Shown here piece by piece: positions 46,211 to 58,600 of a stretch of 64,000 nt of DNA. Origin of the DNA: a virus. Taxonomy: Duplodnaviria > Caudoviricetes. The stretch spans positions 24,094 through 88,093 of the IMG/VR virus record IMGVR_UViG_3300021400_000761; one strand, written 5' to 3'. Both the position numbers and the translations under genes were made by a program. The notes beneath the pieces are model-generated. The model saw only the letters and a list, made by a program, of their open reading frames with translations. It searched no databases and was not told the DNA's origin. Each line of letters starts with the position of its first letter. Position 1 is the stretch's first letter.

Positions 46211-49200
46211 TTTATTATTCCTACTGCTTTTCTAAGTAAATCACTTGTTAATTTAGAAACTTCAGATAATTGTTTCCTATGTGCTTTTTTATCTTCTTGA
46301 ATACTTCTATTTGTAGATCTCTATGCTTCTCTTGCAGTTTTATAGAAATGGTCAGCCTATTTTAAAGACATTCTTTCAGCATAACTTAAAGATCCACCTT
46401 TCTTTTTATAATCTGGTACAATCCCAGGCGTAGCCAATGTCGGTTTTTTAAATTCGTAATGTTCTAAATAAGGCAATATCTAAGAATAGTATTCTGAAGA
46501 GAATTGTCCTTCTAGAGCATCTATTTCATCAACTTTTGACTAATATTCTGGTGAAGCATAAAATTCACTAGACCAATCTTGATATGAAGTACCGGCTTCT
46601 TTTGCCTATTTCCAGCTTTCACTTTCTATGCTTGCTAATTGTCGCTATAATTCTTTAAGTTTACTGTTATATTTAATTTTAAGTTGTTCTTCGGCAGCTT
46701 TAACCTATGCCTACTATCTAAAGGCTTGTGCATTGCGATATCGTTGTTCAACTCCCATCCAATAAGGTTGTCTAACTTGCATTTCGTTTGCCGTAATTCT
46801 TGCAGCTTCATTTTCTAACTTCTTATTATAGATTGCGGCAAGCCTTTCTAGATTAGTATTACTTATCGCATTCTCACGTTCAGCATTTCTGTTTGCAACA
46901 AGATTAGCATTCTCACTAGTCTTATAATACATTTCAGAATCAGCAAGCTAACCTTTCATTATTGCATCAGATCCTTTAATTGCAGCTTCCAATTTTCTTG
47001 CACCTTCGGTTCCAGCATCACTAGATATTGGTTTACTAGCAATAGCATTTAACGCACCTGCCTAGTTCTAAGCTACAACTTTTGATAGATAATCTCCGTG
47101 AACTATAGCTGTTTCTCTAAACGGATCGATTAATGCAGGTATTTCTTTATTAAGGACTTCAGTTGCTTCATTATTAGCATTAATACCTCCTATCATTCTA
47201 TTTAATGCAATAACGTCAGCTATGTTTATATTTTTACTAATATCTGAAGCCTTATCTAAAACTTTTCTAACCCAACTTTTTTTATGATTGTTAGAACCTG
47301 TAGCAATACCATCTTGTGTGTACTATGTACCATCAGGAGTCTAATATAATGGTCTACCATTACTATCTAAAACTGGTTTACCATTTTCATCAAGAACTGG
47401 AGTAACATCTGTGTCTACTCCATTTATTTTGATTTTTGTCGGCTATGTAGTATTATTCTGTGTCGTACTATTCTATGTAGCAGGATTCTAAATTCGCCTC
47501 ATATACATATACCCATTTTCTCCAGCATAAAGTTCAACACCTCTTTTATTTAATTCTTTATTAGTATTCGCTAAAGTTTCATCAGTAAAATCTTCTTTTT
47601 TACCAAATATTCGTCTATCATAAGTCTATGTACCTCCTAAGCCATCTGGAGTATAAACGTAATTTCCATCATTTCCTTTAACACCGTCTCCCTAGTTACC
47701 TGCTGTAGCTCTACTATAACGATTATTTTTCCATCCGTTTGTTACTCCATATTGGTTTATGTATTCTCGATTTGTGTTAATACCTGTCTGATAAGTCTCT
47801 ACATCCTTGTTATAATTTAAAGCTTTTGTTGGATCATAATCTTTAAATAACCCACTGTGTGTAGTTTGATACTAATTAGATTGATTTATCCATTCGTCTA
47901 ACTTTGTAGGATCTTTTATAGCATCTAGCTGTTTTAACATTTCTGGAAAATAAGCCATAAAAATCTAATCATACCAAGAATTTTTATTATTAGGAGTTAC
48001 GTTTCTATAGGCTTTTCCAGAATTTTGAAATTTTGGAATTAGTCCACCTTGTAGATATTTAGTTAATACATTATCAATGAAGCCGCCTTGTTTATTAAAT
48101 TTAATTGAATAACCTGATAGTAAAGCGTCTCCTAACGTAGTTTTTATAGTAGAATTATCAGGCCATTTAATATAAACTGTTGCTTCTGGAGAAACTTCAG
48201 TCATTCCAGGTTTTAATTTTGATACAATCCTTACTTTCTTATCTCTATCTGTAACTATAAACCCTTTTTTGTTTTTAATTGCTTGTTCTGCTGCACGGAT
48301 ACGAGCATTCGCGTCTGCCCCAAGTAATTGTGTGGAAGTATTGCCCCTACTTACTGTAGAAAAAGCTATTCTAGCATCTTGTCTTGCTTCACGAATACGC
48401 TACTTAAATCTTTTTTTCGGTTTAGTAATAAGGTTATATTTCTTGAAAGTTCCAGCAATATCTGTTCCAATTATTGAATCATTATTTGTCTTGTCTTTCA
48501 AATTACTTTCATTTCCACCTGTTTCAGTATTAGGTTTTTTTGAATCACTTCCTAATGGCTTATTTTCATTACTACTAGTTTCACCAGGATTTTTAGTTCC
48601 ACCTGTTTGTTGTTCTCCAACATTAGTCTACCCCGTCTATTGTGGAGTAACTTCTTGTGAAGCAGTTTCTTGTTGCGTTGTTTCTTTTTTCTAACCCCAT
48701 CTATTTAATCTAGATTTCGAGCGTCTATTCTCATAAGCTCCGGCTTTTGCATTTCTATTTACTCTTCCTGCACGAGTTAAACCTAACATTGCAGTAATGC
48801 CATAACCTATCGCTTTTAAATCGTCGTAAGTAACTTTTTCACCAGGTTTCTATATTCTTTTTACAGCATCTATTGCCTCTGGTGCAACATTTGCCGCAGC
48901 AAATGCACTAATCATCCAAGGTGCAGCTCTACGAAGTCCCCTTACTAAGGTAATCATACGACCTTCTTTATTCAGAAATCCACCTAATCCTGGAATGTAA
49001 CTAATTGCAGCAAGACCACTGTTGATTAATAAATTTTCAGCAACTTCACTTCCAGACACATTAGGATCTGCAAGGTCAGAATAAGTATGTCCAATAAGGC
49101 TTCCAGCATTACCTGCATGAGTCAAAGGATTTAATCCACCACCAGTGAAAGCTCCAACAGTTGCAGCAATATCTCCAACAAAACCCATAAGCTAAGAAAC

Positions 49201-50820
49201 CTAATAATCTTTTAATTGCAATTCTCTACCTTTTTTAGATACTTCTTCTTTAGAAGGTGCTTCTTTTTTCTATGAATCTACCTAAGCTCTTTTTTCTGGA
49301 TGCTACATATAATATAGTTGCTCTCCTGTTTTAGCTTTAAGTATTCCTCCTTCTTTATTCTGCTCAACTTGTTGTGCTGTATTACGTAATCTAGCAACTA
49401 ACTATTCGTATTGTGAATAAAAATCATCTGGAAGATTTACACCGTTTTTCTAATTATACTCTCGTATAAATTTAGCTGATAATTTCTATCCATAAACTTC
49501 TGGAAAATCAAACATTGACATAACTCGAAGTCGTCTTCCATCAAATGCTAATACAGTAAGATCTTTACCATTTTCACTTCCAGTTATTGCTTTCCATTGT
49601 CCATTACCTTTTAAAGCTTTTCGACTAACGCATTCGTTTATTAAAGAAGCAACCCACTTTGAAGGATTAGGATCTAAATCACTCAACATGCCCACACCAA
49701 CTCTTCCACGTAAGGCTGTTAGATCAGATTGTAGTTCCTTATTTGTTTTGGAAGAAAAATCATATAATGCATCAGAATTACTTACTGAAGATTCTGGCAC
49801 ATTTATATTTAAATAAGGATTTTTTCCATATGTTTTATACCATTCTCCTTTTTTCTAATCTTTATAAGCAACAAGTCCGTTATATGCGTTTTCTAAATCG
49901 GTATATTGTTTCTAAGCTTCAATTTGCTACTTATATACAGCTTGAGATTGTTTTAATTCCTACATTTTTGAATTAACATAATCCTCAAGATTTTCTGATA
50001 AGATTCCTTCAGAAATACCCTACTATCTGAATTGTTCACGATAATCGTCTTCGGTTTTAGCTTTAGTTTCTTCCTTAGTATCAGAAGTAGTAGATGATGT
50101 ATTACCATAGCCTAGAAAATCTTTTAGTCCATATCCTCCTAAATTATTAAATTTTAAAGCTAAATCATCATTTAATTCACCGTTTAGTGCTTCTAAAAAT
50201 GAAGTACGTTTTATATTAAACGTATCAACTCCTTTAAATATTTCTGGATCAAAATCTAATTCTAAAAGCGCGCCTTTTAACATATCTTTGCGCTAATCTA
50301 CAGACGCAATTTTCCATCCTTCTGTATAAGCTTTAGCGTTGCCTCCAAAATACTTATCTCTTATTTTTTCATCTAATGCAGATCTTAGTGAAATATCTTT
50401 CTTTTCTGGAGCTTTATAAGGTTTTATTACACCTTTATCAATTAATTCATAAATTAAATCTGTACCAAAATTTATTCCAGCTTTTTTATCATTGGTCACA
50501 CTCCTTCTTAGAATCCCATGTCCTGTTTCATTAAACGTGCCATCACTATCCCATTCAGGAGCAACAACAAAAGATCTAGGTCTTACATTACTATAAGAAA
50601 TCTATTTCTATTGCATTGCGGGAAATAGATAATTATAATAATTCTATATTACTTGTTTAGATTCATCGTTTAACTAATTGGTCAATAAATATGTGTCTAA
50701 GTTTCTTAAAGCTGCATCTTTTATATCCTAGACATTATATAAAGTTCCTGCAATTTCAATCGTTACTGGTTTTGTTGGAGTTGTGCCACCTTCCTAATAT
50801 TTTCTTATTACCTATGCCAT
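46207..50820 (-). CDS. large cargo protein with Gly/Ala-rich hydrophobic segment, about 1537 aa (TAG=Gln)
   Basis: MA[TAG]VIRKY[TAG]EGG start. Fragments ending at 50499, 50283, 49800, 49188, 48204 and 46932 are in frame. Hydrophobic stretch at 48850-49188. TGA at 46207. Confidence 0.78.
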
Positions 50821-50835
50821 ATATCACTAAATAAA

Positions 50836-50870
50836 AATAAAGGGAGAAACCAGTAGCTCCTCCCTCTATT
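50836..50870 (-). terminator. intrinsic terminator after the small Gln-rich gene
   Basis: On -: AATAGAGGGAGGAGC-TACTG-GTTTCTCCCTTTATT, a 15-bp stem with three G-U pairs, then TTTAT. Confidence 0.65.
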
Positions 50871-50884
50871 TAGTTAAACATTAA

Positions 50885-51169
50885 TTATCTAACTCGTACT
50901 AACTTAGCACCACGTCTTGCATAAGTGGGTTCCTCAGCAGGAGCCTCTTGAGGTGCTCCACCACCTTGCGCCAACTGTAATAATGCTTGACAAACAGCCA
51001 TAGCAGCGTCACAATTCTATTCTTGTAATGCCTATTGAGCAACTTGTAAAATTTGCATCAAAGGATCCTATCCACCTTGCTCAGGTGCTGGTGCGCCACC
51101 TTCCATTGGGGCGCCTTCTTCTACGGGAGCTTCCATTGGTCCTCCCTACTAAAAGCGTTTAATTCTCAT
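50885..51169 (-). CDS. small Gln/Ala/Pro/Glu-rich protein, 94 aa (TAG=Gln)
   Basis: MRIKRF[Q][Q]GGPMEAPVEEGAPMEGGAPAPEQGG[Q]DPLMQILQVAQ[Q]ALQE[Q]NCDAAMAVCQALLQLAQGG...YARRGAKLVRVR-TAA. Five TAG codons sit in Gln-rich context. Confidence 0.85.
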
Positions 51170-51226
51170 AATTATTAATAATTAAAATTTTAGTTAATAA
51201 ACAATATATTGTTACTGATATATCTA

Positions 51227-51257
51227 CAAATATATAATTATAAATTTTATATTCCAA
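51227..51257 (-). promoter_or_regulatory. Bacteroidota-type promoter inside the late arm
   Basis: On -: TTGG-N19-TATATTTGTA, the same spacing and core as the promoter at 1826-1858. Confidence 0.62.
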
Positions 51258-51301
51258 TTATTTTTAACAAATAATAAAAATATTAGATTTATGTATCGTT
51301 A

Positions 51302-51889
51302 TTAATCTTTCGATTGAACATACTCAGGCTTTCTGTCATCCTAACGGTCTAATTCCTAAAATATATATCTTCCAAGAGCTTTATAGTCTTTATCAAGTTT
51401 AGAAGCTTCTGCTTTTTTAGCCTTTTTGATAAGAATCTTAGTTGAACGTCTACTAAAAATACGTTCACCTCCTTGAAGTTCCATTTGAACACTTCCATCT
51501 GGAGCTATAACCTACATAGGCGATTGTTTGGAGTCAGATTCGTCTTCTTCTTCAGAATCTTCAAATTCAAGTTCGTCACCTTCTTCAATTCCAGAATTCT
51601 AATTAACCTCAAGTACGTATTTTACATTATCCTCTTCAACAACAGTCTCATCTTCTGGTTTACCCTAATAAATAGATATTACTTCCTAATCTTCATCGAT
51701 AAAAATAATATCCAAAGGTATAAGCGTATCTTTCATCCAAAAACTAACTGTCTAAGGTTTATCATAAACAAAAAGCATACCTTCATTTTCAGGTAAATTT
51801 TTTACTCCCTATAAACCTTTTTCTTTTTCAGATTCAGTTTTAGCAATCTATACCGAATACTATTTATTTCCTATATAAATATTCATCAT
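51302..51889 (-). CDS. DUF192 (COG1430) family protein with C-terminal extension, 195 aa (TAG=Gln)
   Basis: IAKTESEKEKGL[Q]GVKNLPENEGMLFVY...FWMKDTLIPLDIIFID...YVLEVN; ten in-frame TAG; ends TAA. Confidence 0.85.
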
Positions 51890-53331
51890 CTTAAAGAGTC
51901 ATTGGTTGTTGTATCATTATCATAATCATAATTTAGCCAATCTGATTCTGGCATTACTGAATCTGAAGAATTCACATCACTTTTCGAAACGGTTATTCCA
52001 GAATCAGTATTACCATTAAGCTGTTGTCTAGTCAAATTACTATAATAAGCTTCTACTGCATTTCTAGCCCATCTAGCAACATCTAAGGCATGTTCTTCTT
52101 GTTCTGCCTTTAATTTATCTGCAGTCGACTTATATGCTCCGAACCCATAGGCTCCGAGGTGATACAAAAGATCACCTATGGTAAGCCACCACATTGGATT
52201 ATGGCTTGATATTGCGTGTATCTTAGGATGTTTAAATTGTCTAGTGGAAATTGATGTTGATTTAGGAGCAACGTTGTTTTCTAAAACTAGCGCTTGTTGT
52301 GGAACCTTACTAGCTTCATATAACATATTTTTTCCTATCTTTTTGCCTTTTACATCACCTGGTAATTTTTTTAAATCTATTTGACCTTGTTTATAAACTT
52401 CTGTTTTAGCTTCTGGATCTATTCTACGATAATCTCTTACAGGACTTGCCATATTATATCCAACCGCAGGAGCTAAAAACAATAAATCGGTATTATATGG
52501 ATTAAGAACATACTAATCTACAAATCCTTCCTCTACAGGTGTATAAGCCTCCCATGCATTATCAAATTTATAAGTTGGATCTAAGTTAGCTAACTATTTA
52601 AGTTGATTAATATTAAGATTTTGTAAATCAGACGCATCAACTATACTTCTAACATATCTAGCATAATCATCGCCATTAGTTATATTTGGAAAGTTCTAAG
52701 CGACATTTTTAGAATACTATTGCGCATTTGCTGTATTAGCAGCCGTTGATAATCCAAGTAGTGCAGCTAATCTTGCAGCTCCTGAACCCAAAGTAGATCC
52801 TATTACAGAACTTGCTTTAGAAACATAAGGATACAACGTCTCAAATCCTAACATTTCTGGAATAGCTTTACCAAGAGCGGTTATGCCAGCTCTTGCAGCA
52901 GGCATTGCTCCAGCCATCATCCAATTTAGAGTATTTTCAGACGGATCAGTCCATTCGTCTATTACTATACCATCCTACATACCATTTTTGTATTCCTCTT
53001 CTGTAATTGGAATTTTATGAGGATGTACCTAATCTCTATAAGTAACGAATTTATATCCGTATGGTGCATATTGATCAGGTCCAGAACTAATATAAAGGCT
53101 TCTATATAAATCTTGAGTTGACGGTGTAGAATCTGTTGGAGTTTCAATGGTTACATTAACGTTTTCTTTCTATTGCCTAACATTATTCTGTGTAGGTTTC
53201 TTTGTTCTTTTTGTAGTTGAAGATTTTCTTGAAGGCTTTTTATTTGTTATTCGTTGTGAAGCACTCTCTAACCTTTGTCCTGGTCTAAGTGTACTTCCTG
53301 GACCAGTATATATATAATCATTATCAGTCAT
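51886..53331 (-). CDS. hypothetical cargo-region protein, about 481 aa (TAG=Gln)
   Basis: Joins track fragments 52717-52920 and 51886-52482 in frame; contains an Ala/Gly-rich hydrophobic segment; ends TGA. Confidence 0.7.
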
Positions 53332-53342
53332 ACTTTCATATT

Positions 53343-53855
53343 TTATAATTGGTTTTGCTAATAATTAAAGTAATTTTTAATTTTAGGCTTAATTGTCGTT
53401 GTATCTACTTTAGGTATTATAGGAGTATAAGTAACAAAAGTTTGTTTCTAAGGAATCGTGTTAATTATATTCTGCTGGTCTAAACCCAACATATCTATTA
53501 AATTATACTCAGGAAATTCTAACCACGAATCATCTTCTTCATCAAAATGAGCATTTAATGTTTTTAATAGCTATTTTAAGCTTTCATTCTATTTAGGGTC
53601 TGCGTAATAAACTTGTTGCTAACTAGATGTGTTTTGTGTACTAATTGAAGAATCTCTTGTATCGTCTTTCTGTTTATTATTTTTCTTTCTACTTTTCTTC
53701 TATTTGTTAGAAGGAGTTACTGGAACCTAATTTAGTAATTGTGGATTACTTTCCAATCGGACGTATTCTTCTGGTACCTACTAAGACGCATAAAACATTT
53801 GTGGTGCGTCTTTCATCATTTCAAAAATTGCAATTCTTGGATCATAAAGTTTCAT
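53343..53855 (-). CDS. hypothetical low-complexity protein, 170 aa (TAG=Gln)
   Basis: MKLYDPRIAIFEMMKDAP... with a TAATG overlap to the upstream gene; Gln/Lys/Ser-rich; ends TAA. Confidence 0.6.
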
Positions 53856-55678
53856 TATTCTACTGATTCTATTAGGTTAGTTCTATCATCTGTATTATGA
53901 AGTATCTCTTTTACTAAAAGTTTACCTGCTTCAATGGCATATTTATCTTCTTTGTCCTCATGCCACTTTTTACGTAAGTCTTCTATTTTATTAGTAACAT
54001 CAAGTGTGAATATTATTTCTGAATGTTCAATCTCAGCATGTTGTACTACTTCACCACCTTCTTTAGTAATTACAGGAATGCCTTTAGTGGTAACGTGAGT
54101 TAAATCGTCATTAACCTAATCAAGATGATTTAGTCTAGCATGTAATGCTCCTTCAGGAATAACGTTCATTTGTCCACCTTGTTTAAACTCTTCAACTTTC
54201 ATTCCTTCCTAACCTTTAGGAGTTAAATGCTCACGTTGACCAATAACCTCCCATCTGTCAGAAGTTACTGTACCATCACCATTCATAAACACTACAGTTC
54301 CGTTATATAATCTAATTGGAGTTTTTCCTTTAATCTAGTCCTTGTCTAAATCCTTAGGTATTTCTACATATTTACCAGTTGCAACATCTATCGTTTTAAA
54401 TGTTCGTTTAAGTTTATTCCCAACCTAATATTTACTGACAATTCTACGGATCATTTGTCCACCTTTTTTATCTAAAATAGTACTTTTTGCCCGCAACATA
54501 TAAGGTAATGCTGGATTAGAATCGTATCCAATAAATCCAGCTTTTCCATTATATTTAATTACCGGCTCATATCCTAACTCCTAAGCTCTAGTTAAACCTC
54601 GTGTTGGATTGCCATCTTTATCGTATAGCTGTATCATTCCTTCTGGTCCATAAGGTTTAGGCGATAAGTTTTTTACACCTTTAGGTCTACTATACTATTT
54701 AAGTTTAAACGGATTTGCTGGCTTTTTATATTTTTCAACTTTCATACCATGACGAGCAGCACGCATTTGTTGAATGCCACCAGATAAATCTATGGCCTAT
54801 TGCTGAGCCAAGAACGGAGTAGAACCTTGAGCGGCAAGATTATTAATTGTATTAGTATCAACTATACCACTAATTGTATGTTTCATATTCTATGTAAATT
54901 CAGTTAATTGATTTTGTTTCTTTCTAGCACCACTACTAAATAAACCATATTTCTTACCAGCACCAATTTGAGTAACATCTTGTGTAGTCAAGAATCCCTA
55001 GAATCCCCCGTTAGTAGATCTATCGAGTTCAGCGTTACGAGTATAAGTATTAGCTTTTTTACCACCAAAGCCGTTAATGAGGCCAAGAGGAGTTAAGTTA
55101 AGAAATGTTGAATTTAAGATAGCATCAGTTTTTGTCATACCATCAGTACCACCACCGATTTTACTAACAGCATTACCTACTAATTTACCAACACCCATTA
55201 CACCACTAACTATATTACCTATTGGTCCAAAATTAGAAGCGGCTTTTTGAATAGTATCGTAAGCAGTATCCATTCCTTTAGTGATATCACCGTGTTTACC
55301 ATCTAAACCACGTTTGCCAATCATATCACCAATAGCTGATGCTGTATCACCTATAATTCCGCCATAAGAACTTCCAAATTTACCTACTTTGGAGTTCATA
55401 AAGCCTCCTGTAGCTGTATTATTCTCAAAAATCTTTCCAAGTTTGTCAGTACCTTTTTTAACTGCTTCTTTAGTAAGTGAAGTTGGTGCTGGAACTCTAC
55501 TAAGTAAATTATCACCAAAGTTATCTACTGCATGGTACTAAGGCTAAATAGTTAAATTTTTTAACCCTCCACTAGCTAGCTTAGCGTTCTATTGTTTCTT
55601 ATACCAATCTAAGGCATTAATCTATGTTCCAAAATCGAATCCTGGAGATCCGTTCATTGATAAAAACTAGTCTCCCAT
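53855..55678 (-). CDS. crAss cargo protein (Gly-rich membrane-active region, C-terminal VIPEGALHARLNH domain), about 607 aa (TAG=Gln)
   Basis: MGD[Q]FL start; Gly-rich segment at 54998-55399; C-terminus NVIPEGALHARLNHL...KGIPVI...HAEIEHSEIIF...AIEAGKLL; TAA at 53855. Confidence 0.7.
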
Positions 55679-55680
55679 AA

Positions 55681-58600
55681 TTAATTATAACTTTCTTTAT
55701 ATTGAGTAATAATGGCAGAGATAATAGCTAACTAATCTCCAGTATATCTTACTCTAATTCGTACATATTTATCTCTTATTCTTGTCTGTTTTAAACGTCC
55801 CCAATAGTCAGTTTCTATATCTTGTGGAACTTCTATTTCACCTTTAGCTATTATATCTTCAGGAATTGGATTCATAGCAATATTAATTGGAGGTTCGTTT
55901 GTCCAAGTTTCATTCTTTTCAGCATAGTTAATAGATGGTATTTGAATATCCCAATTATCTTCTGCATATTTACAATTACCTAATCTACGCCCGTATTCAA
56001 CTTTCTTATAGAGAATTCCGTTTTCTTCTTTGACTTGAACGTTATGACTCATATAATATTGCTTTAATCTTTTAGCATCAGGTTCATCCACTCCACAAAT
56101 AGCCTGCCATTCATAACCATCTATAGGATAAGCTTTAATATGTGTTGCTACATCAAATTCATTTACAGAATTATCATAGACTATTTCAGAACCACTCATT
56201 GACTGATAATCCTAAGATTTAGAAGTGAGTCGCTGATAGGTATCATAAATTTTATTCTTCTTATCTACATGAGATACTGTTAATGGAAACATTACAGATT
56301 TAGGATTTCTATTAGGATTTACTTTGTCTTTATAATCCTTATCATATGACAGATAAGTATCCTAATAATTATTTGAATAAACTTGTTTAGTCTTTTCCTA
56401 ACGATAGTACATATTAGGTTTCTCATCTTTAAAATCATAAACCTAACCTACCACTTCATAATGGAATGATTCTGGCTATGTCTTATTAGCAATCATTTTA
56501 AGATTGTTGAAGATTTTATGTACATTAGGATTATCCGCAACTATAAATTCAAACTCAAAAGGATGTTGTTCATCATACCAATTACACCAGTTATTTTCTT
56601 TATTGTGTTCCCAAAGATAGTTAGCATCAATAGTCTTTTGAGTTCTTAAATCTCCTTGCTAAAGAGAATATTCATTATCAAATGAATAGTAAATGTTATT
56701 GATGTTACCCGAATAAGAAGGAATCCAAGAATAGAAAGTTGTGAATTTCTTAGTTATTTCATTGTAACATAAATTCCAACCTAAGTAATCATCACCTATT
56801 ACTTTAAAGAAAGTAAACATAAGATCTTGTTTATGTTTGTTATAATGTGATTTTACATTTAAACTAAGTACATTAGGTTTAGTTTCCTATTCATTTACAT
56901 CAAGATTATCTTTTAAGAATTTCTATAACTTAAGGTCAGATAGAACTTCAAACGAATCTCCATAATGCCAAATCTTTTTAGCTACTGTATCAATACCATA
57001 AACTCCAGTAGCTGTTTGAATTACACTATCAGCCCACTATGAGCCATATTCAGTAGATAAAAATCTCGGTTTATCGGATAATACCTTACTAGTATCAATG
57101 TATGAAAATCCAGATTGTGAATTAGTAGCAACGGCACGTTCATTAACTTCAATTAAAGCAATTGCATGTTCAAACACACAAATAAGATAACCATCATAAT
57201 AGTTGACTAATTTAACAATCTCTCCATACTATCTAGTATAATCCTAAAATGCAGTTTTTCTAAATGTTCTAAAGTTATTTATATACGAATCTTTAACTGC
57301 TAAGTCAGAATAAACGATTCTATTTGAAAAATTAGTTTTTAATGTTGGCACTTCTTCCTAAAGGACATATATCTATTCTCCGAGTGATTTTTCGTAAGCT
57401 CCGTTTTGTACATAAGAATCAGGGATTTTATTAGAAACAGCTCCTCCATTTGAACGTAGAGGATAAAAAGAACGTACTTGATTAAATGTTGCACGTTCTG
57501 TTATATTTGACCCATCGGTGCTACGCATACATAAATTAGTTGAACTATAAACTTTAGTAACTAATATATGACCTAAAGCTACAGCATTAACATCTGAACG
57601 ATTTAATAACGTTAGAGCATCTGTATCCTATGTTATAGATGTTTTATAATATATTAAAGATCGAGTTCTATCAGCATCGTTATCGTATTGTGCTACTTTG
57701 TTCTATGTGTCTAATCTACGTCCAGCAGCTTTAGCCCAAGTTTTATTATCTGCAATCTCAGTATTTATTGGAAATGATGGGTCTGTAAAATTACGATTCA
57801 TTGTATGAGCAAAACTACAAATAAAAGCGTCACCTAAATAACATTCAGATGATAACTCAGAAGTTCGTTTACTTACAGGATACCAACTTGAAGCATCGTC
57901 TTTTCTAGTTTTAATAACTTCTTCGTTAGATAAATCTTTTCTATTAGGAATATAAATATTAATTAAATCATAAGCATTAAAATCATTACCATCTTCTTCT
58001 ATTCCAACGTATGGTCCATAAATACCTCTAACAGCCCAAGTTAAGTCGTGTTGATCTGTTTTTAAATCTATTCCGTCTATTTCTTTATTACCTACAGAAT
58101 CACTTATTACTCTATAGTTAGTAAATGGTACTTTTGCTCTATGTCCTTCACTCGCTTCTCCAGCTACACTGGAATAAATTTTTGTTTTAGCTCTAACTGC
58201 GGGTGTATTTTCAGGAACTGCTATTAATCGTGCATCTTCGATTTTTGAATTTACTTTAGATTCATAATCTGTTGTACTAAATATTTTATCCTAAATAGCG
58301 ATACCTTTATAAGTTCCTAAAGTTTTATACTATAATTGACCTCCAGTAAATAACTAATTAAATTCAGCTTGTTTCACTTCATATTCAGGTACTACTAAAG
58401 CATCTGCTTCAGGACTAGAAACAACTGGTTCGTCTTTCTATCTATGCTTATCCTAACTAATATTTTCAACATCTCCTGGTTTTAAAGGTGATTCTTTAGA
58501 CTAGTTACCAACAGTTAGCAATTTTTGAATCTAGGTTGATCCTATAAATGATTCTCCTAATATAGGCCACGCGATACCTTTTTTTTGCCAAATATCATAT

